From positions 21,018,001 through 21,082,000 of the forward strand of contig OZ024743.1 of the NCBI GenBank assembly GCA_964016885.1: a stretch of 64,000 bases of DNA. The letters are read 5' to 3'. The notes beneath the pieces are model-generated. The model worked only from the letters and a program-made list of their open reading frames with translations. It made no database searches and was not told where the DNA came from. The number at the start of each line of letters is the position of its first letter. Position 1 is the stretch's first letter. This document shows, piece by piece, positions 26,680 to 39,640 of the stretch. The translations under genes and the position numbers were made by a program. This stretch comes from Eledone cirrhosa (lineage: Eukaryota).

Positions 26680-28390
26680 CCACCTATTTTATATGGATGA
26701 TTTGAAGGCCTTTTGCGGACAGTAAAAACATTTAGCGATAACAAGAGGATGGAGTTTGGGCTTGACAAGTGTACAAAAGCCACTTTCAAGAAGGGGAAGC
26801 TTGTCATCTCAGACTCAGTTGAATTGGATGCTGAAACAATAAAAAAGGAACTTGAACAGGAACAAACCTATAAATGTTTAGGGATTAATGAGGGCTCTGG
26901 CATACAGCATGCAAGTGTGAAAGAAAGGATAAGGAAAGAATGTTACAGGAGAGTACGTGCAGTTCTGAGATCAGAACTAAACGCTGTTAACATGGTGCTA
27001 GCCATAAATTCCTTGGCAGTCCCAGTTGTCACTTATAGCTTTGGAGTGTTGAACTGGAATATGAGTGAAATCAAAAGAATCGACACCAAAGTCCGTAAGC
27101 TACTGACCTGTAATAGGATGCACCACCCAAAAGCAGATGTGGATCGTCTTTACCTTCCTAGAACTCAAGGAGGCCGTGGCCTTATCTAATTTGAGCTTGC
27201 TTACAAGACCACCATCATTGGACTGGCCAAATGCCTTGAAACAACTAACGACTGTATGCTGAAACTTGTTGAAAAGCATGAGAGAAGTAAGAAGCTTCAT
27301 TCTATCTTGAAGGAGAACAAAAAATATGCTGCTGATATCATGCTTGATAACCAGGCTGGACAAACTAAAGAAACTGTTGCTAGGCACATAAAATCACTGG
27401 CAAAAGCAAAAGGGCAAGGACAATTAGCATCAAATTGGGAGCAGAAACCTCTGCATGGCAAATATGTGGCCTGTAGCAAACAAGCTGGTGTTGACCAAAA
27501 GCACACCCATCAGTGGCTACGTAGTTCAGGGCTAAAGGCAGAGAGTGAAGGCTACATCTTAGCTGCCCAAGATCAAAGCTTATTGACTCATAATTACCAG
27601 GCCAATGTGATGAGAAACGGAATAAACCCAAAGTGCCGATTCTGCAATGCTGAGGTTGAAACAGTGGATCACTTAGTCTCTGGATGTAAAGTTTTAGCAC
27701 CAGTAGAATAAAAATATAGACATGACAGAGTTGGCCAATATCTACATTGGGTAATATGTCGGCATTAGAAAATCAAAGCTGAAGACAAGTGGTACAATCA
27801 TCACCCTGAGGTTGTAACTGAAGGAGAAAAAGTAACAATTCTCTGGGACTTTCCTGTACATACTGACAGGACCATAAAAGCAAATAGACCTGACATCGTT
27901 GTAAAAGATCAACATAACAAGGTCTGTTTATTGATAGATATGAGCATCCCATGTGATCACAATATCGCGGCAAAAGAATTTGACAAGCTATGAAAATATA
28001 AAGATCTGCTTATTGAGAAAATGTGGCACCTCAAGGCCGTTACAATACCAGTGATTGCGGGAGGACTGGGAATGATCAAGAAAGGAAGAGAACAGTATTT
28101 GCGAATGATTCCAGGTTTACCGTCTCTGCACGAGGTGAAAACATTGTTTTGACTGGTACTGCACACGTATTGAGAAGAGCACTATCTCTGTAAGATTGAT
28201 ATCCTTCCTTGAATTTACATATGCATATGCACATGTGTATATATGTATACTGTTTTTTTTTTTGTTTTTTTTAAATTATAATCAATGTGCTGTATTAACT
28301 GGCTTACCAATGCACACTGTGAATTTATTTGACCTAGGTGTCAGGAAGACACTCGGAATATATCTCAGAAACAATAATGAAAGAAAATGA
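26680..28390 (+). mobile_element. R4/Dong-like LINE with restriction-like endonuclease, 5'-truncated pseudogene
   Basis: HLFYMDDLK, MEFGLDKC, RLYLPRTQGGRGL, CRFC...HLVSGC, RHD, ILWDF..TD...NRPDIV..IDMSIP (PD-(D/E)xK). Contains stops; ends in (AAT)n. Confidence 0.9.
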
Positions 28391-28411
28391 AAATAATAAT
28401 AATAATAATAA

Positions 28412-28910
28412 TATGAGAAGTGGTATGAGCATAAGCCAGAGTCAGTGATAGAAAACGATCAGGTGAAGGTGCTATGGGATTTTAGGATACAGACGGACAA
28501 GAAATTAGAACACAATAGGCCTGACCTGGTGGTTTTGGACAAGGAAATAAGATCGTTCCTGATTGTAGATGTAGCCTGCCCATTTGACACAAGAGTGCAA
28601 GAAAAGGAGAGAGAGAAAATTAACTGATGCCAGGACTTAAAGTGGGAGTTAAAAAGGATTTGGAACTGCCATGAAATCAAGGTCGTCCCAATTGTCATAG
28701 ACGCACTAGGTACTATCTCAAAGAGTTTCCAGGGATGGTTAAAGAAAATTAGTCCAGCCCCACTTTTTGGATCACTTCAAAAGGCATGCTTGCTGGGAAC
28801 AGCAACAACCCTCCGATACGTCCTGAATATCTGAGGCTGCAGGTAACGGCTTGATATTCATTTCAACAAACTTTCCAGTTAAATAACATCAATGACTGAG
28901 ACTCAAAGAA
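28412..28910 (+). mobile_element. Second R4/Dong-like family, endonuclease/3' fragment in (AAT)n
   Basis: KWYEHKP..VLWDFRIQTDKKLEHNRPDLVVLD..IVDVACP; (AAT)n on both sides. Confidence 0.88.
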
Positions 28911-28924
28911 CAATAATAATAATA

Positions 28925-29222
28925 ATTGTTTCTACTATTGGCACAAGGCCAACAATTACCCAGTAGACTACTGGTACTTTATTTTATCCACCCCGTAAGG
29001 ATGAACAATAATAATAATAATGATGATAATAATAAGTGTTTCTACTTTTGGCACAAGGCCAGCAATTACCCAGTGCATTACTGGTACTTTATTTTATCGA
29101 CCCCCTAAGGATGAAAGGCAAAGTTAACCTCGACGGGATTTGAACACAGAATGGTAAGGGCTGTAACTCTATGCGTCACAGCATGGCGTCCGACCTTCTA
29201 CCGATACTGCCAATCCACCGCC
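28925..29222 (-). mobile_element. Two tandem SINE family A copies (28925-29004 partial; 29037-29222)
   Basis: Family A tail/core/head motifs separated by (AAT)n. Confidence 0.85.
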
Positions 29223-29252
29223 TGATGATAGTAATAATATATGATCATTATG

Positions 29253-29414
<162 letters not shown>

Positions 29415-29442
29415 ATCAAAAGATGGTTAAAGGAGTTCCATG

Positions 29443-29513
29443 TATTTTATTATGCGCATTTCAAAAACAAACATCATCATGCAATAATATTTGTGTTTTC
29501 ATCAGATAAAACA
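29443..29513 (-). ncRNA. Type I hammerhead ribozyme motif (mirror of 31531-31601)
   Basis: Exact reverse complement of the plus-strand copy. Confidence 0.8.
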
Positions 29514-30622
29514 GGAGGACATGATATGAAGGCTAAAAAAACACTTGTGGATAGTGCAGTTTTAAATCAACATATGAAAAGTAATTGTAGATTGATGTGT
29601 CATATTGGGAAAAATATTTTATTTAGAGAGGGGGGGTGGAAAGGATGAAAAAAGGGGAGGAGATGAGAGTGAAGGTGGAGAGGGAGAGATGGGTGATAGA
29701 GAGAAAGAGATAGTTTTTATAACTGAGAAAAGATATATTGTTTTACATAGAGAGGTTGAAAACCGTTGGAAGATAATGTATGAAGAAAGAGTTAATATGT
29801 ATTAAGAATGAGTTAGATGATGGGGAGAAAAAAATAATAAATTAAGGATGAATAATCTGGCGTCAAAACAAATGTATATGTTATGAAGGATTTTACAAGG
29901 TGAAGATAGAGTGAGGGTAATGAGTAAACAAGTATTATAGAGTGTATAATACCCTTTGAAGTAAGGTAGGAAGATGGGTATATTTTAAAAGAGGTGTATG
30001 TATATGTGCCTTTGAGAAAAGATTCTAAATTGATAAATTCAAATATTCAATTCTTTATCAATTTAGAATCTTTTCTCAACGGCACATATACATACACCTC
30101 TTTTAAAATATACCCATCTTCCTACCTTACTTCAAAGGGTATTATACACTCTATAATACTTGTTTACTCATTACCCTCACTCTATCTTTACCTTGTAAAT
30201 TCCTTCGTAACATATACATTTGTTTTTTTGACGCTAGATTATTCATCCTTAATTTATTATTTTTTTCTCCCCATCATCTAACTCATTCTTAATACATATT
30301 AACTCTTTCTTCGCACATATTATCAATTCCTTCAATATACAAACCTTAACTTCACATTATTTTTCTCAAATCCTTCAATACACAAACCTTAATAATTTTT
30401 TCTCTTCGTTAATTTTCAAATTTCCATAATACTTGTAAACATACACACAATTTTTTTGACGTTAGAATATTCATCCGCAATTATTATTTTTTTCTCTCTC
30501 TCATCAAACTTTTTAATCTCAATACATATTAACTCCCTCTTCTTCTTCGTACATATTTTTTTGACGCTAGATTATTCATCCTTAATTTATTATTTTTTTC
30601 TCCCCATCATCTAACTCATTCT

Positions 30623-31066
30623 TAATACATATTAACTCTTTCTTCGCACATATTATCAATTCCTTCAATATACAAACCTTAACTTCACATTATTTTTCTC
30701 AAATCCTTCAATACACAAACCTTAATAATTTTTTAATACATATTAACTATTTCTTCGCACATATTATCAATTCCTTCAATATACAAACCTTAACTTCACA
30801 TTATTTTTCTCAAATCCTTCAATACACAAACCTTAATAATTTTTTAATACATATTAACTCTTTCTTCGCACATATTATCAATTCCTTCAATATACAAACC
30901 TTAACTTCACATTATTTTTCTCAAATCCTTCAATACACAAACCTTAATAATTTTTTAATACATATTAACTATTTCTTCGCACATATTATCAATTCCTTCA
31001 ATATACAAACCTTAACTTCACATTATTTTTCTCAAATCCTTCAAGACACAAACCTTAATAATTTTT
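30623..31066. repeat. 111-bp tandem repeat, 4 copies
   Basis: TAATACATATTAACT recurs at 30623, 30734, 30845 and 30956; another copy at 30290. Confidence 0.9.
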
Positions 31067-31530
31067 TCTCTTCGTTAATTTTCAAATTTCCATAATACTT
31101 GTAAACATACACACAATTCTTTTGACGTTAGAATATTCATCCGCAATTATTATTTTTTTCTCTCTATCATCAAACTGTTTAATCTCAATACATATTAACT
31201 CCCTCTCCTTCTTCGTACATATTTTTCCCTTCGTTAATTTTCAAATTCTTTTAATTTATACATTATCTTCCAACGGTTTTCAACCTCTCTATGTAAAACA
31301 ATATATCTTTTCTCAGTTATAAAAACTATCTCTTTCTCTCTATCACCCATCTCTCCCTCTCCACCTTCACTCTCATCTCCTCCCCATTTTTCATCCTTTC
31401 CACCCCCCCCCCCTCTCTCTAAATAAAATATTTTTCCCAATATCACACATCAATCTAAAATTACTTTTCATATGTTGATTTAAAACTGCACTATCCACAA
31501 GTGTTTTTTAGCCTTCATATCATGTCCTCC

Positions 31531-31601
31531 TGTTTTATCTGATGAAAACACAAATATTATTGCATGATGATGTTTGTTTTTGAAATGCGCATAATAAAAT
31601 A
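31531..31601 (+). ncRNA. Type I hammerhead ribozyme motif
   Basis: Stem I TGTTTTAT/ATAAAATA; CTGATGA 31539-31545; long stem II; GAAA 31582-31585; palindromic ATGCGCAT stem III; AUA cleavage triplet ending 31593. Confidence 0.82.
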
Positions 31602-31724
31602 CATGGAACTCCTTTAACCATCTTTTGATCTTATATATTATGTATACTCCAGTCCTACAAACTGTAGAGTGCTTCTTATCCGATATCTGCATTGCTTTAT
31701 TGTACTACAATAAAACTCACCTCC

Positions 31725-31893
<169 letters not shown>

Positions 31894-32662
31894 GGTAGTC
31901 ATGTATGTGAGGACATGAATATTAATCGTGTGTTTTATTTATATATACTGTGAAATTTTTATAACACAAGAAATGTATAGAAGTGATCAGCTGAAATCAT
32001 TTGTATGTCTATATTATTGACTAGAGTAGACATAATTTTCTCTTTTTTCTTTTTTCAGAACGTACATATGCGTGTATATATATATACATATATGTATCCG
32101 TATTTTTATAAATAGGGTAATTTTTGAAGGTTTTAACTCAGATTTTGGTATATTGACCTCAGGGTTTAAACTAAACATATGGTCATTATTGAACAATGTT
32201 ATTTTTCATATTATATATCTATGTCTCATTCATGAATATTGATATTTGCATTTTTATTATTCAATTCATATGAATTGTTAATTCAACTTAATATGACATG
32301 ACGTAAAGTTGTCACTGTATCCTCTTCTCTCTATATAGTACTTCCTCTCTCTTGAGTTTCTCTATCTTTATGATGAATTATTATCTCTCTGTTGCTTTCT
32401 TTTGCCTTTCTTATTTCTTTCTTTCTTCTTTTTCATTTCCTCCTATCTATTTATATATATCTTCCTTTTTTCTCTCTCTCCTTCTTTTTCTCTCTCCTTC
32501 TCTCTCTTCGTTTTTTCTTTCTCTCCGTCTTTTTTCTAACTGTGCTTAACACTATAACTAATAAAATAATTATAAACATCTCACTATCCAGACAGCCTCC
32601 AAAAATAATGGTCGCTTCTAATAGGGTACGTCAAAATTATTTATAAAACTGTTTATATATTG

Positions 32663-32727
32663 TATTTTATCTGACGAAGGCATGCCATATTTTAATTTGG
32701 TATCACTGAAATATGTATAATGAAATA
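32663..32727 (+). ncRNA. Type I hammerhead ribozyme motif
   Basis: Stem I TATTTTAT/ATGAAATA; CTGACGA; stem II AG..ATGCCA/TGGTAT..CT; GAAA-TATGTA-TA. Confidence 0.78.
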
Positions 32728-32778
32728 AATATGGTTTTATAAATATAGTTTCCATTTATTTAATATCGTATATATATA

Positions 32779-32909
32779 TAAATGAGGTTGGTGTTAGGAA
32801 GGGCATCCAGCTGTAGAAATCAAGCCAGCATCAGTTCCCGTCCCACCCTTGCAAGCAGGGAAAAGTGGACGTAAAAATGAAATGATGAAATGATGATGAT
32901 GATGATGAT
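32779..32909 (+). mobile_element. SINE B 3' fragment between (TA)n tracts
   Basis: TTAGGAAGGGCATCC body and CCCTTGCAAGCAGGG...GGACGTAAAA(ATG)n tail. Confidence 0.88.
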
Positions 32910-33118
32910 ATATATATATATATATATCATTTAACGTCCATTTTCCACACACACAGATATATATATATATGATATGACTATATTGATTTTATAGGTTATA
33001 CATTCATGTTATATCATCATCTACAATATTTTGCTCATTTTATTGCTTGCACAAGAAATGTGTATTGGTGTAATTATAGCTGTATTGAGTCTGTGTGTAT
33101 CTGTGTGTCTGTCTATGT

Positions 33119-33168
<50 letters not shown>

Positions 33169-33422
33169 CTTTGTTTGCGTATAGATGTACGGTCATAAAA
33201 ATAAACCTGTGGAAGTATCTTTCTCACTGACATATCCATCTTTATTTCTATTTATTCAGGATATATATGACCTGTGGAAATACTGTTTCCCATGACACAT
33301 CCTTCATCTATATTTACATACATCCTCAATATATGCTTTTATCTTGAACTCATATGCACAAGAACTCTCATGTATTATGCATCTCTGTTACTATGAGCAT
33401 ATGAGGATACACTTACATGCTA

Positions 33423-33577
<155 letters not shown>

Positions 33578-33713
33578 CACATATATATATATACATATAT
33601 ATACATATACATATATATATACATATATATATTTATATATACATATATATATATACATATATATATTTATATATACATATATATATACATATATATATTT
33701 ATATATATATATA

Positions 33714-33771
<58 letters not shown>

Positions 33772-33786
33772 TGTATATATATATAT

Positions 33787-33890
33787 ATAGGAACAAATAA
33801 GACCCCGACGGCTGAGCTCAAGCCGTTTCGACGGCTAATTAGCCGTCGAAACGGCTTGAGCTCAGCCGTCGGGGTCTTATTTGTTCCTAT
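33787..33890. repeat. Perfect 104-bp palindrome within a TA-flanked element (to ~33968)
   Basis: 52-bp arms centred on GCTAA|TTAGC; contains GAAACGGCTTGAG on both strands. Confidence 0.95.
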
Positions 33891-33966
33891 TACCCACTCT
33901 ACTACCCTAAGTATTGAGTACTTTGGTGCGTTATGGTCCACTTGGTTCCTTACCACATTTCCTTCG

Positions 33967-34038
<72 letters not shown>

Positions 34039-34111
34039 GTTATTCCGGGTTGAATCGGAGGTAACCACAGTAAGTAAGGTACTCAATACATAGCAGAGTA
34101 TAAAAGTTTTA

Positions 34112-34220
34112 ATATAGATGAGATTCTACAGGACTAGAACTGTTTCATTCATTAGAAATCATCAGGAATTCCTGATGATTTCTAATGAATGAAACAGTTC
34201 TAGTCCTGTAGAATCTCATC

Positions 34221-34225
<5 letters not shown>
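34112..34225. repeat. Perfect 114-bp palindrome encoding an HHR-like core on both strands (element 34038-34225)
   Basis: 57-bp arms centred on GGAA|TTCC; CTGATGA 34172-34178, short hairpin, then GAAACAGTTCTAGTC. Confidence 0.95.
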
Positions 34226-34313
<88 letters not shown>

Positions 34314-34478
34314 AGAGAGAGAGAGAGCGCGCGTGAGAGAGTATGTATATACAATATAAATAGCAGTGCATGTGTGTGTACTAATGATATACTAAGGCTG
34401 GTACAACATAAAACTTTATGAATTGTATATTAGAACAATATCTTAAAATATGCATCATATTTCTGTGTGTAATTTATA

Positions 34479-34569
<91 letters not shown>

Positions 34570-34998
34570 ATGTATGTATTCAAACGTACGTAGACATACA
34601 CCAACACACACACATATATATATATATATATACAGACAAACACACACATACATAGTACGTGTGTGTGTGTATTTGTGTATTTGTTTGTGTCTAATGACAT
34701 GGAAAAAGATATATTTTTATTACGTATGTATAAATATATATTCAAATTTTAGTCCATCACTTCCAGACATAAATTGTTGCTTAGTTTATCTGATAGAAAC
34801 TAGTGTGTTCAGTAGTAAGTACCTACAATTGAATACATACAAACACACACACACACTCACACACACACCCACACAGTTACATACAATCATACATTAAAAC
34901 CTTATCACACATTCCGTAAAATCACACTAATACAGATATTTACAAATACACACAAGCACATGCACATATTTATACATGCACACGCACACACACACACA

Positions 34999-35440
34999 CA
35001 TCATCATCATCATCATCATCATCATCAACGTTTTACGTCCGTTCTTCCACGCTAGCATGGGTTAGACGGGTTGTCCTGTTGTGGGCAGTGTCCAGTCGGT
35101 TGACCTTGTCTTGCTCATACGGGAACTGATTCTAGCTTGATTTCTACAGCTGGATGCCCTTCCTAACACCAACCTCATTTACAGTGAGTGCTGGGTGCTT
35201 TTTTCCGTGGCTCCTACACGTCCACTTTACAGTGTGGGCTGTGTACTTTTTTCCCGTGGCACCTCCACGATCACTTTGCAGTGGAATGATAGGGAACCCA
35301 GTCCTATCATTTCATTTCTACAGCTGAGTAAACTGGAGCACTGTGAAATAAAGTGTCTTGCTCAAGGAAACAACACATCACCCGGTGTGAGAATTGAACT
35401 GACCTTTCGATTGCAAGCCCAATGCTCTAACCACTAAACC

Positions 35441-35442
<2 letters not shown>
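34999..35442 (-). mobile_element. SINE family B, long-tail subfamily
   Basis: tRNA head TGG.TTAGTGGTTAGAGC, core, body, tail CCCATGCTAGCGTGG...GGACGTAAAAC(GAT)n. Confidence 0.92.
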
Positions 35443-35526
<84 letters not shown>

Positions 35527-35717
35527 AGGTTTTGTGAGTGTTTATGAGTATATATATACATGATGTTTTCATGGTTTGAGGACCAGAAAAACCACCAATC
35601 AGAGTAGAATTCAATGTTGGTTTATATCTGGCGATAATACAGAAGGACCATCTTCATTTTAATTAACGCACAGGCTTACTTAATTTAGACCTGTCGGATC
35701 CCCCCCCCCTCTCTTTC

Positions 35718-35758
<41 letters not shown>

Positions 35759-35825
35759 TATTATTGCCAATACTGGAATTGAACCATCAAGACCATTGAT
35801 GTATGTCATACATCAACTCATGTAT

Positions 35826-35885
35826 TTTATCTGACGAGGACGTACTGAAAAAACACCACAGTACCTTCAAAATATATATAATAAA
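35826..35885 (+). ncRNA. Decayed hammerhead motif (GAAA to AAAA)
   Basis: TTTAT-CTGACGA-stem II GTACTG/CAGTAC-AAAA-TATATA-TA-ATAAA; same family as 32663. Confidence 0.65.
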
Positions 35886-36157
35886 TCATATATTTTGATT
35901 ATGTGATTGTCTTCATTTATTAATATTCTGAATAATATTAATAACTCCTGAAAACTTCATTGTAGAGTGCTTTTCATCTATTGTAAAACTACATTCATTG
36001 AGTAATCAATGAACCATATTAATCTTTGGTTATATATATATATATAAACGTTTGTATTTGTAAAGCCAAGACAATGCAGGTATGGACATAGAATAAAGAA
36101 TGCAAATGCAAAAGATATTGTTGACAATTAGTCTTTTACCTTAGATTTATTTAAATG

Positions 36158-36195
36158 TCCTTAATTTTCGAGATAATATCTCTTCTTCGGAGGGA
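36158..36195 (-). ncRNA. Minimal HHR-like motif, variant core
   Basis: Minus strand: cct-CCGAAGA-a-GAGAT att ATCTC-GAAA-ATTA-agg, followed by AATAAA. Confidence 0.5.
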
Positions 36196-36381
36196 AGTAA
36201 AGCGGTTAAACCAGTGTTCTAAATAGCTTGCCAAGTCATGCTGACAGGAAATGGTATAAGGTATCTGTTCAATCTCTAATGGCAAAGATGTTCTCTCACA
36301 GAATTATATGAGGGAATGAATTCTGTGAGAGAACATCGTTATTTTTCTCCCTCATATCAAGAATTTGAAGACAATTCATTT

Positions 36382-36455
36382 TCACCTGATGAGATCAGTG
36401 ATAATCGATCATGGCTTCACAATCGATCTATCTCTTATTGAAACATGTGTCGTGA
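36382..36455 (+). ncRNA. Type I hammerhead ribozyme motif
   Basis: Stem I TCAC/GTGA; CTGATGA 36386-36392; extended stem II; GAAAC-ATGT-GTC (palindromic ACATGT; GUC ending 36451). Confidence 0.8.
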
Positions 36456-36498
36456 TTAAATGGAATTTTACCTTGCCTTGGGATTTTCATTTTGATAC

Positions 36499-36532
<34 letters not shown>

Positions 36533-36733
36533 GTAGTACACTGGAAGGTAATATCCGTAGTGGTAGAACACTCAGTCCATGGGACAAGTTAGGTAGAAGT
36601 GGTTACGCAACAGTTAGTTCACCATACCAAGAACAAGGTGAAACAATTGTTCTCGGTATGGTGAACTAACTGTTGTGTAACCACTTCTATATATATATAT
36701 ATAAGTGGTCACACAACAGTTAGTTCACCATAC

Positions 36734-36771
36734 CGAGAACAATTGTTTCACCTTAGCGGATCCTCAGCTCG
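36734..36771 (-). ncRNA. Minimal type I hammerhead motif
   Basis: Minus strand: CGAG-CTGAGGA-tcc gctaa ggt-GAAAC-AATT-GTT-CTCG. Lies in a triple inverted-repeat unit at 36558-36789. Confidence 0.75.
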
Positions 36772-36828
36772 TAATGTGTTCTACCACTATATATATATAT
36801 ATATATATATATTCTGTCCTAACGAGTT

Positions 36829-36910
36829 TGTCTCCTGATGAGTTCGAAGCTCGAGATTTTATCCTTAATAGGATATATCAAAATGCGAATGAAACCCGAG
36901 GGTAGGGACA
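36829..36910 (+). ncRNA. Type I hammerhead ribozyme motif
   Basis: Stem I TGTCTC/GGGACA; CTGATGA 36835-36841; stem II GTTCG...ATCCT taat AGGAT...CGAAT; GAAA-CC cgag GG-TA (GUA ending 36904). Confidence 0.85.
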
Positions 36911-37259
36911 TAATCCTGGCATGTGTATAAGCATTTCTTCTAACTTTAATTTTATACCTAATTGTGTATGGTTGACGGTATATTTAATCGATTTCCACGT
37001 GCTGTTGAAATGTTGGGTAAATATTCTATGGTGATTGGCCGTGAAGAGATTGCTGTCATTTATTTCTTCATAGGTGCCTTTTAATCTTATAGCCTGGTCT
37101 AATTGATTTTTTTGTGTGGTTAATTATGCTAATTGGGAGAGGAAATGGTGTATATATATTATCAAATGATTCTATGGACATACTTTACTTTATAGTATAT
37201 TGCTCTGATTATTTAATTTATTAATTCTTCATTGAGCCACATTGTGGACATACTTTATA

Positions 37260-37351
<92 letters not shown>

Positions 37352-37398
37352 ATGTATATATATGTTTATATATATTGGAGAAAATGACATGAGCGGTG

Positions 37399-37770
37399 TA
37401 GGAATAAGAGGGATCAGATGCTGTTTACTCGAGAAAAGATTATGTTGGTACGATCACGTGATGTGCATGAAAGATGACAGCTGTATAATAAAGTGCAGGG
37501 CGATCAAAATTGATAGAAGTTAGGGAGTAGGTAGACCCAGAAAAACCTGGGACGACATGATAAAGTCTGACCTTGCAGACTTGCGCTTCTCTAAGACAAT
37601 GTCACTGGAACGAGATCTTTGGTGCCACACAGTATTACAGAAGACCCGCCTTCCCTACGTGCAAAGTTAACCTACAGTCAGTAGGCCCCTCTAAACCAAA
37701 CACACCCCAACCCACTACCCCACTCCATCCTCCTACTCCTGCTAACACCATCCATGATGATGATGATGAG
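37399..37770 (+). mobile_element. RTE LINE 3' fragment
   Basis: [20 protein letters not shown]...GRPRKTW, homologous to 14455-14800. Confidence 0.88.
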
Positions 37771-38285
37771 CCCAGACTGGTGAATTTCAACATCCAAGAT
37801 GGATGAGTAGCATAACATTGAGTCCTTTTCCTACTATTACATCATTGTTAACTATATGGAATGATCAGTTCTATCCAGTGGTGAACCACCAAACTTGAAT
37901 GAATATATTTATATATATATATAGTTTGTACATGATACATTGGTGACATGACAGAAGTGAAATATTTTGAATTTGCAATATATCATGTAAGTAAGCCAAA
38001 TATATTTAAAGTGAATATATTAATATCTAACTTCTATTAATGTTTCTCTGATATTCTGACATGCTGCATAAGTAAATATTGAAATGAGTTTGTTGCAACC
38101 CATGTTTCTCATGTTCAGACATGTTTGGTATGGGTGTGTTTGCTAGATATACATTGTTAACTCAGATGTATTGTATATACAATGAGAAATACCATACTTC
38201 AGAGAATTTACTACTAGTCTTTCAGTAATATATATATTATGTAACACATACATATGTATATCATCATCATTTCATAATGATGTGA

Positions 38286-39631
38286 ATCATCATCATCATC
38301 ATCATCATCAACGTTTAACGTCCGTGTTCCATGCTTGCATGGGTTTGGACGGGGGTAGTCCCACTTGAGGCAAGAGTGATTTTCTTGCTCGCATAGGACT
38401 GTCTGGCAGGTTTTCTACAGTTGGATGCCCTTCCTAACACCAACCACATTTACAGTGTGAGTCTGGGAGGTTTTTACCGTGTTGCCTACACGGCCACATT
38501 ACAGCGTGTACTGTGTGTTTTTTTGTCGTGACACCTACACGATCTCATTTGTTTCGGCCTGGATGGCGCGGCACCAACATAACTTTACATAGAACGGGGT
38601 GGTGTGGATGGGGTGGTGGTGGTGGTGGGACGGGGTGTATTTTGTTAGAGATGCCTACTGGCAAGGTGGGTCTTCTCTATTACTGAGTACCGCCAAAGGT
38701 CTCGGTCCAGTGACATTGTCTTGGTGAGGTGTAAGTGTGTGAGGTCGGAGTTTATCAGCTCGTCCCAGGTTTTTCTGGGTCTGCCTATTCCGTGGCTACC
38801 GTCTATCTTTATTGCCCTGCACTTTGTTATACAGTTATCATCCTTCATGCGCATCACGTGACCATACCAACGTAGCCTTCTCTCTAGTAAACAACATCTG
38901 ATCCCTCTTATTTCTAATTTTTTCCTTAGTTCGTTTATGCTTTGTCGTTCACGTATATTACTATTACACATCCAGCGGAGCATGCAAGCTTCGTTTCTCT
39001 CTAGTCTGCGTATATCCTCTGCACACAATGCCCAGGTCTCACTGCCATGCAACATTGCTGTTCGTATGCAGGCATCGTACAGCCTGCCTTTCATTTTTAG
39101 GGAGAACCCTTTAGCGGCTAATAGTGGTATAAGCTCTCTGAACTTTTTCCACCCAGTTCTGACTCTAGCTACTGTACTTTCAGAGCACCCTCCCCCACTG
39201 CTGATTTTGTCACCCAGGTAACGGAAGCTGTCCACTATTTCTATAGAACCCTCTTCGCAGTTGAAAGAGCTAGTATTTTGTGGGCACTTGCTGCTACTTA
39301 TATTCCCAGAACACCGGCCACATGTAAAATCTATGTTCTTAGTTAGCTTACCTGTGATCCCACTACATCTTTTATGCACCCAAACTTTGCATTTGGGACA
39401 CAAAATGGAATTTCTACCTACGCCTTTCCTACACTCTGCGCATGGCCACTTCCCCGAGGGGACCGCCGCCTTATTTTCTTTCTTACAAACTAGAACTTTA
39501 GTCTTAGCTAGGTTAATTTTAAGGCCTTTTGATTCTAGGCTGTGCTTCCATGTTTGGAATTTCTTCTCTAGCTCGGCCATTGATTCAGCTATGAGCGTTA
39601 GATCATCTGCGTATAGGAGTTCCCATGGGCA
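38286..39631 (-). mobile_element. RTE LINE copy with PHD-like finger, 5'-truncated at (TA)n
   Basis: ORF 38645-39580 near-identical to the C-terminal half of the 12940 copy; same 3' UTR and (GAT)n tail. Confidence 0.95.
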
Positions 39632-39640
39632 TATATATAT

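Noticed and set aside
29994-30281. GIY-YIG or PLE coding remnant in the fold-back element
   Set aside because: No recognisable GIY-YIG or RT motifs; the PLE link rests only on HHRs and architecture.
32116-32190. Additional decayed HHR (stems I and II pair; TAAAC-ATATG-GTC)
   Set aside because: Both core boxes are mutated, too degenerate to count.
38114-38206. Additional decayed HHR on minus strand (CTGAA..GTATGG/CCATAC-CAAACATGTC)
   Set aside because: Needs several core changes; plausible relic but unsupported.
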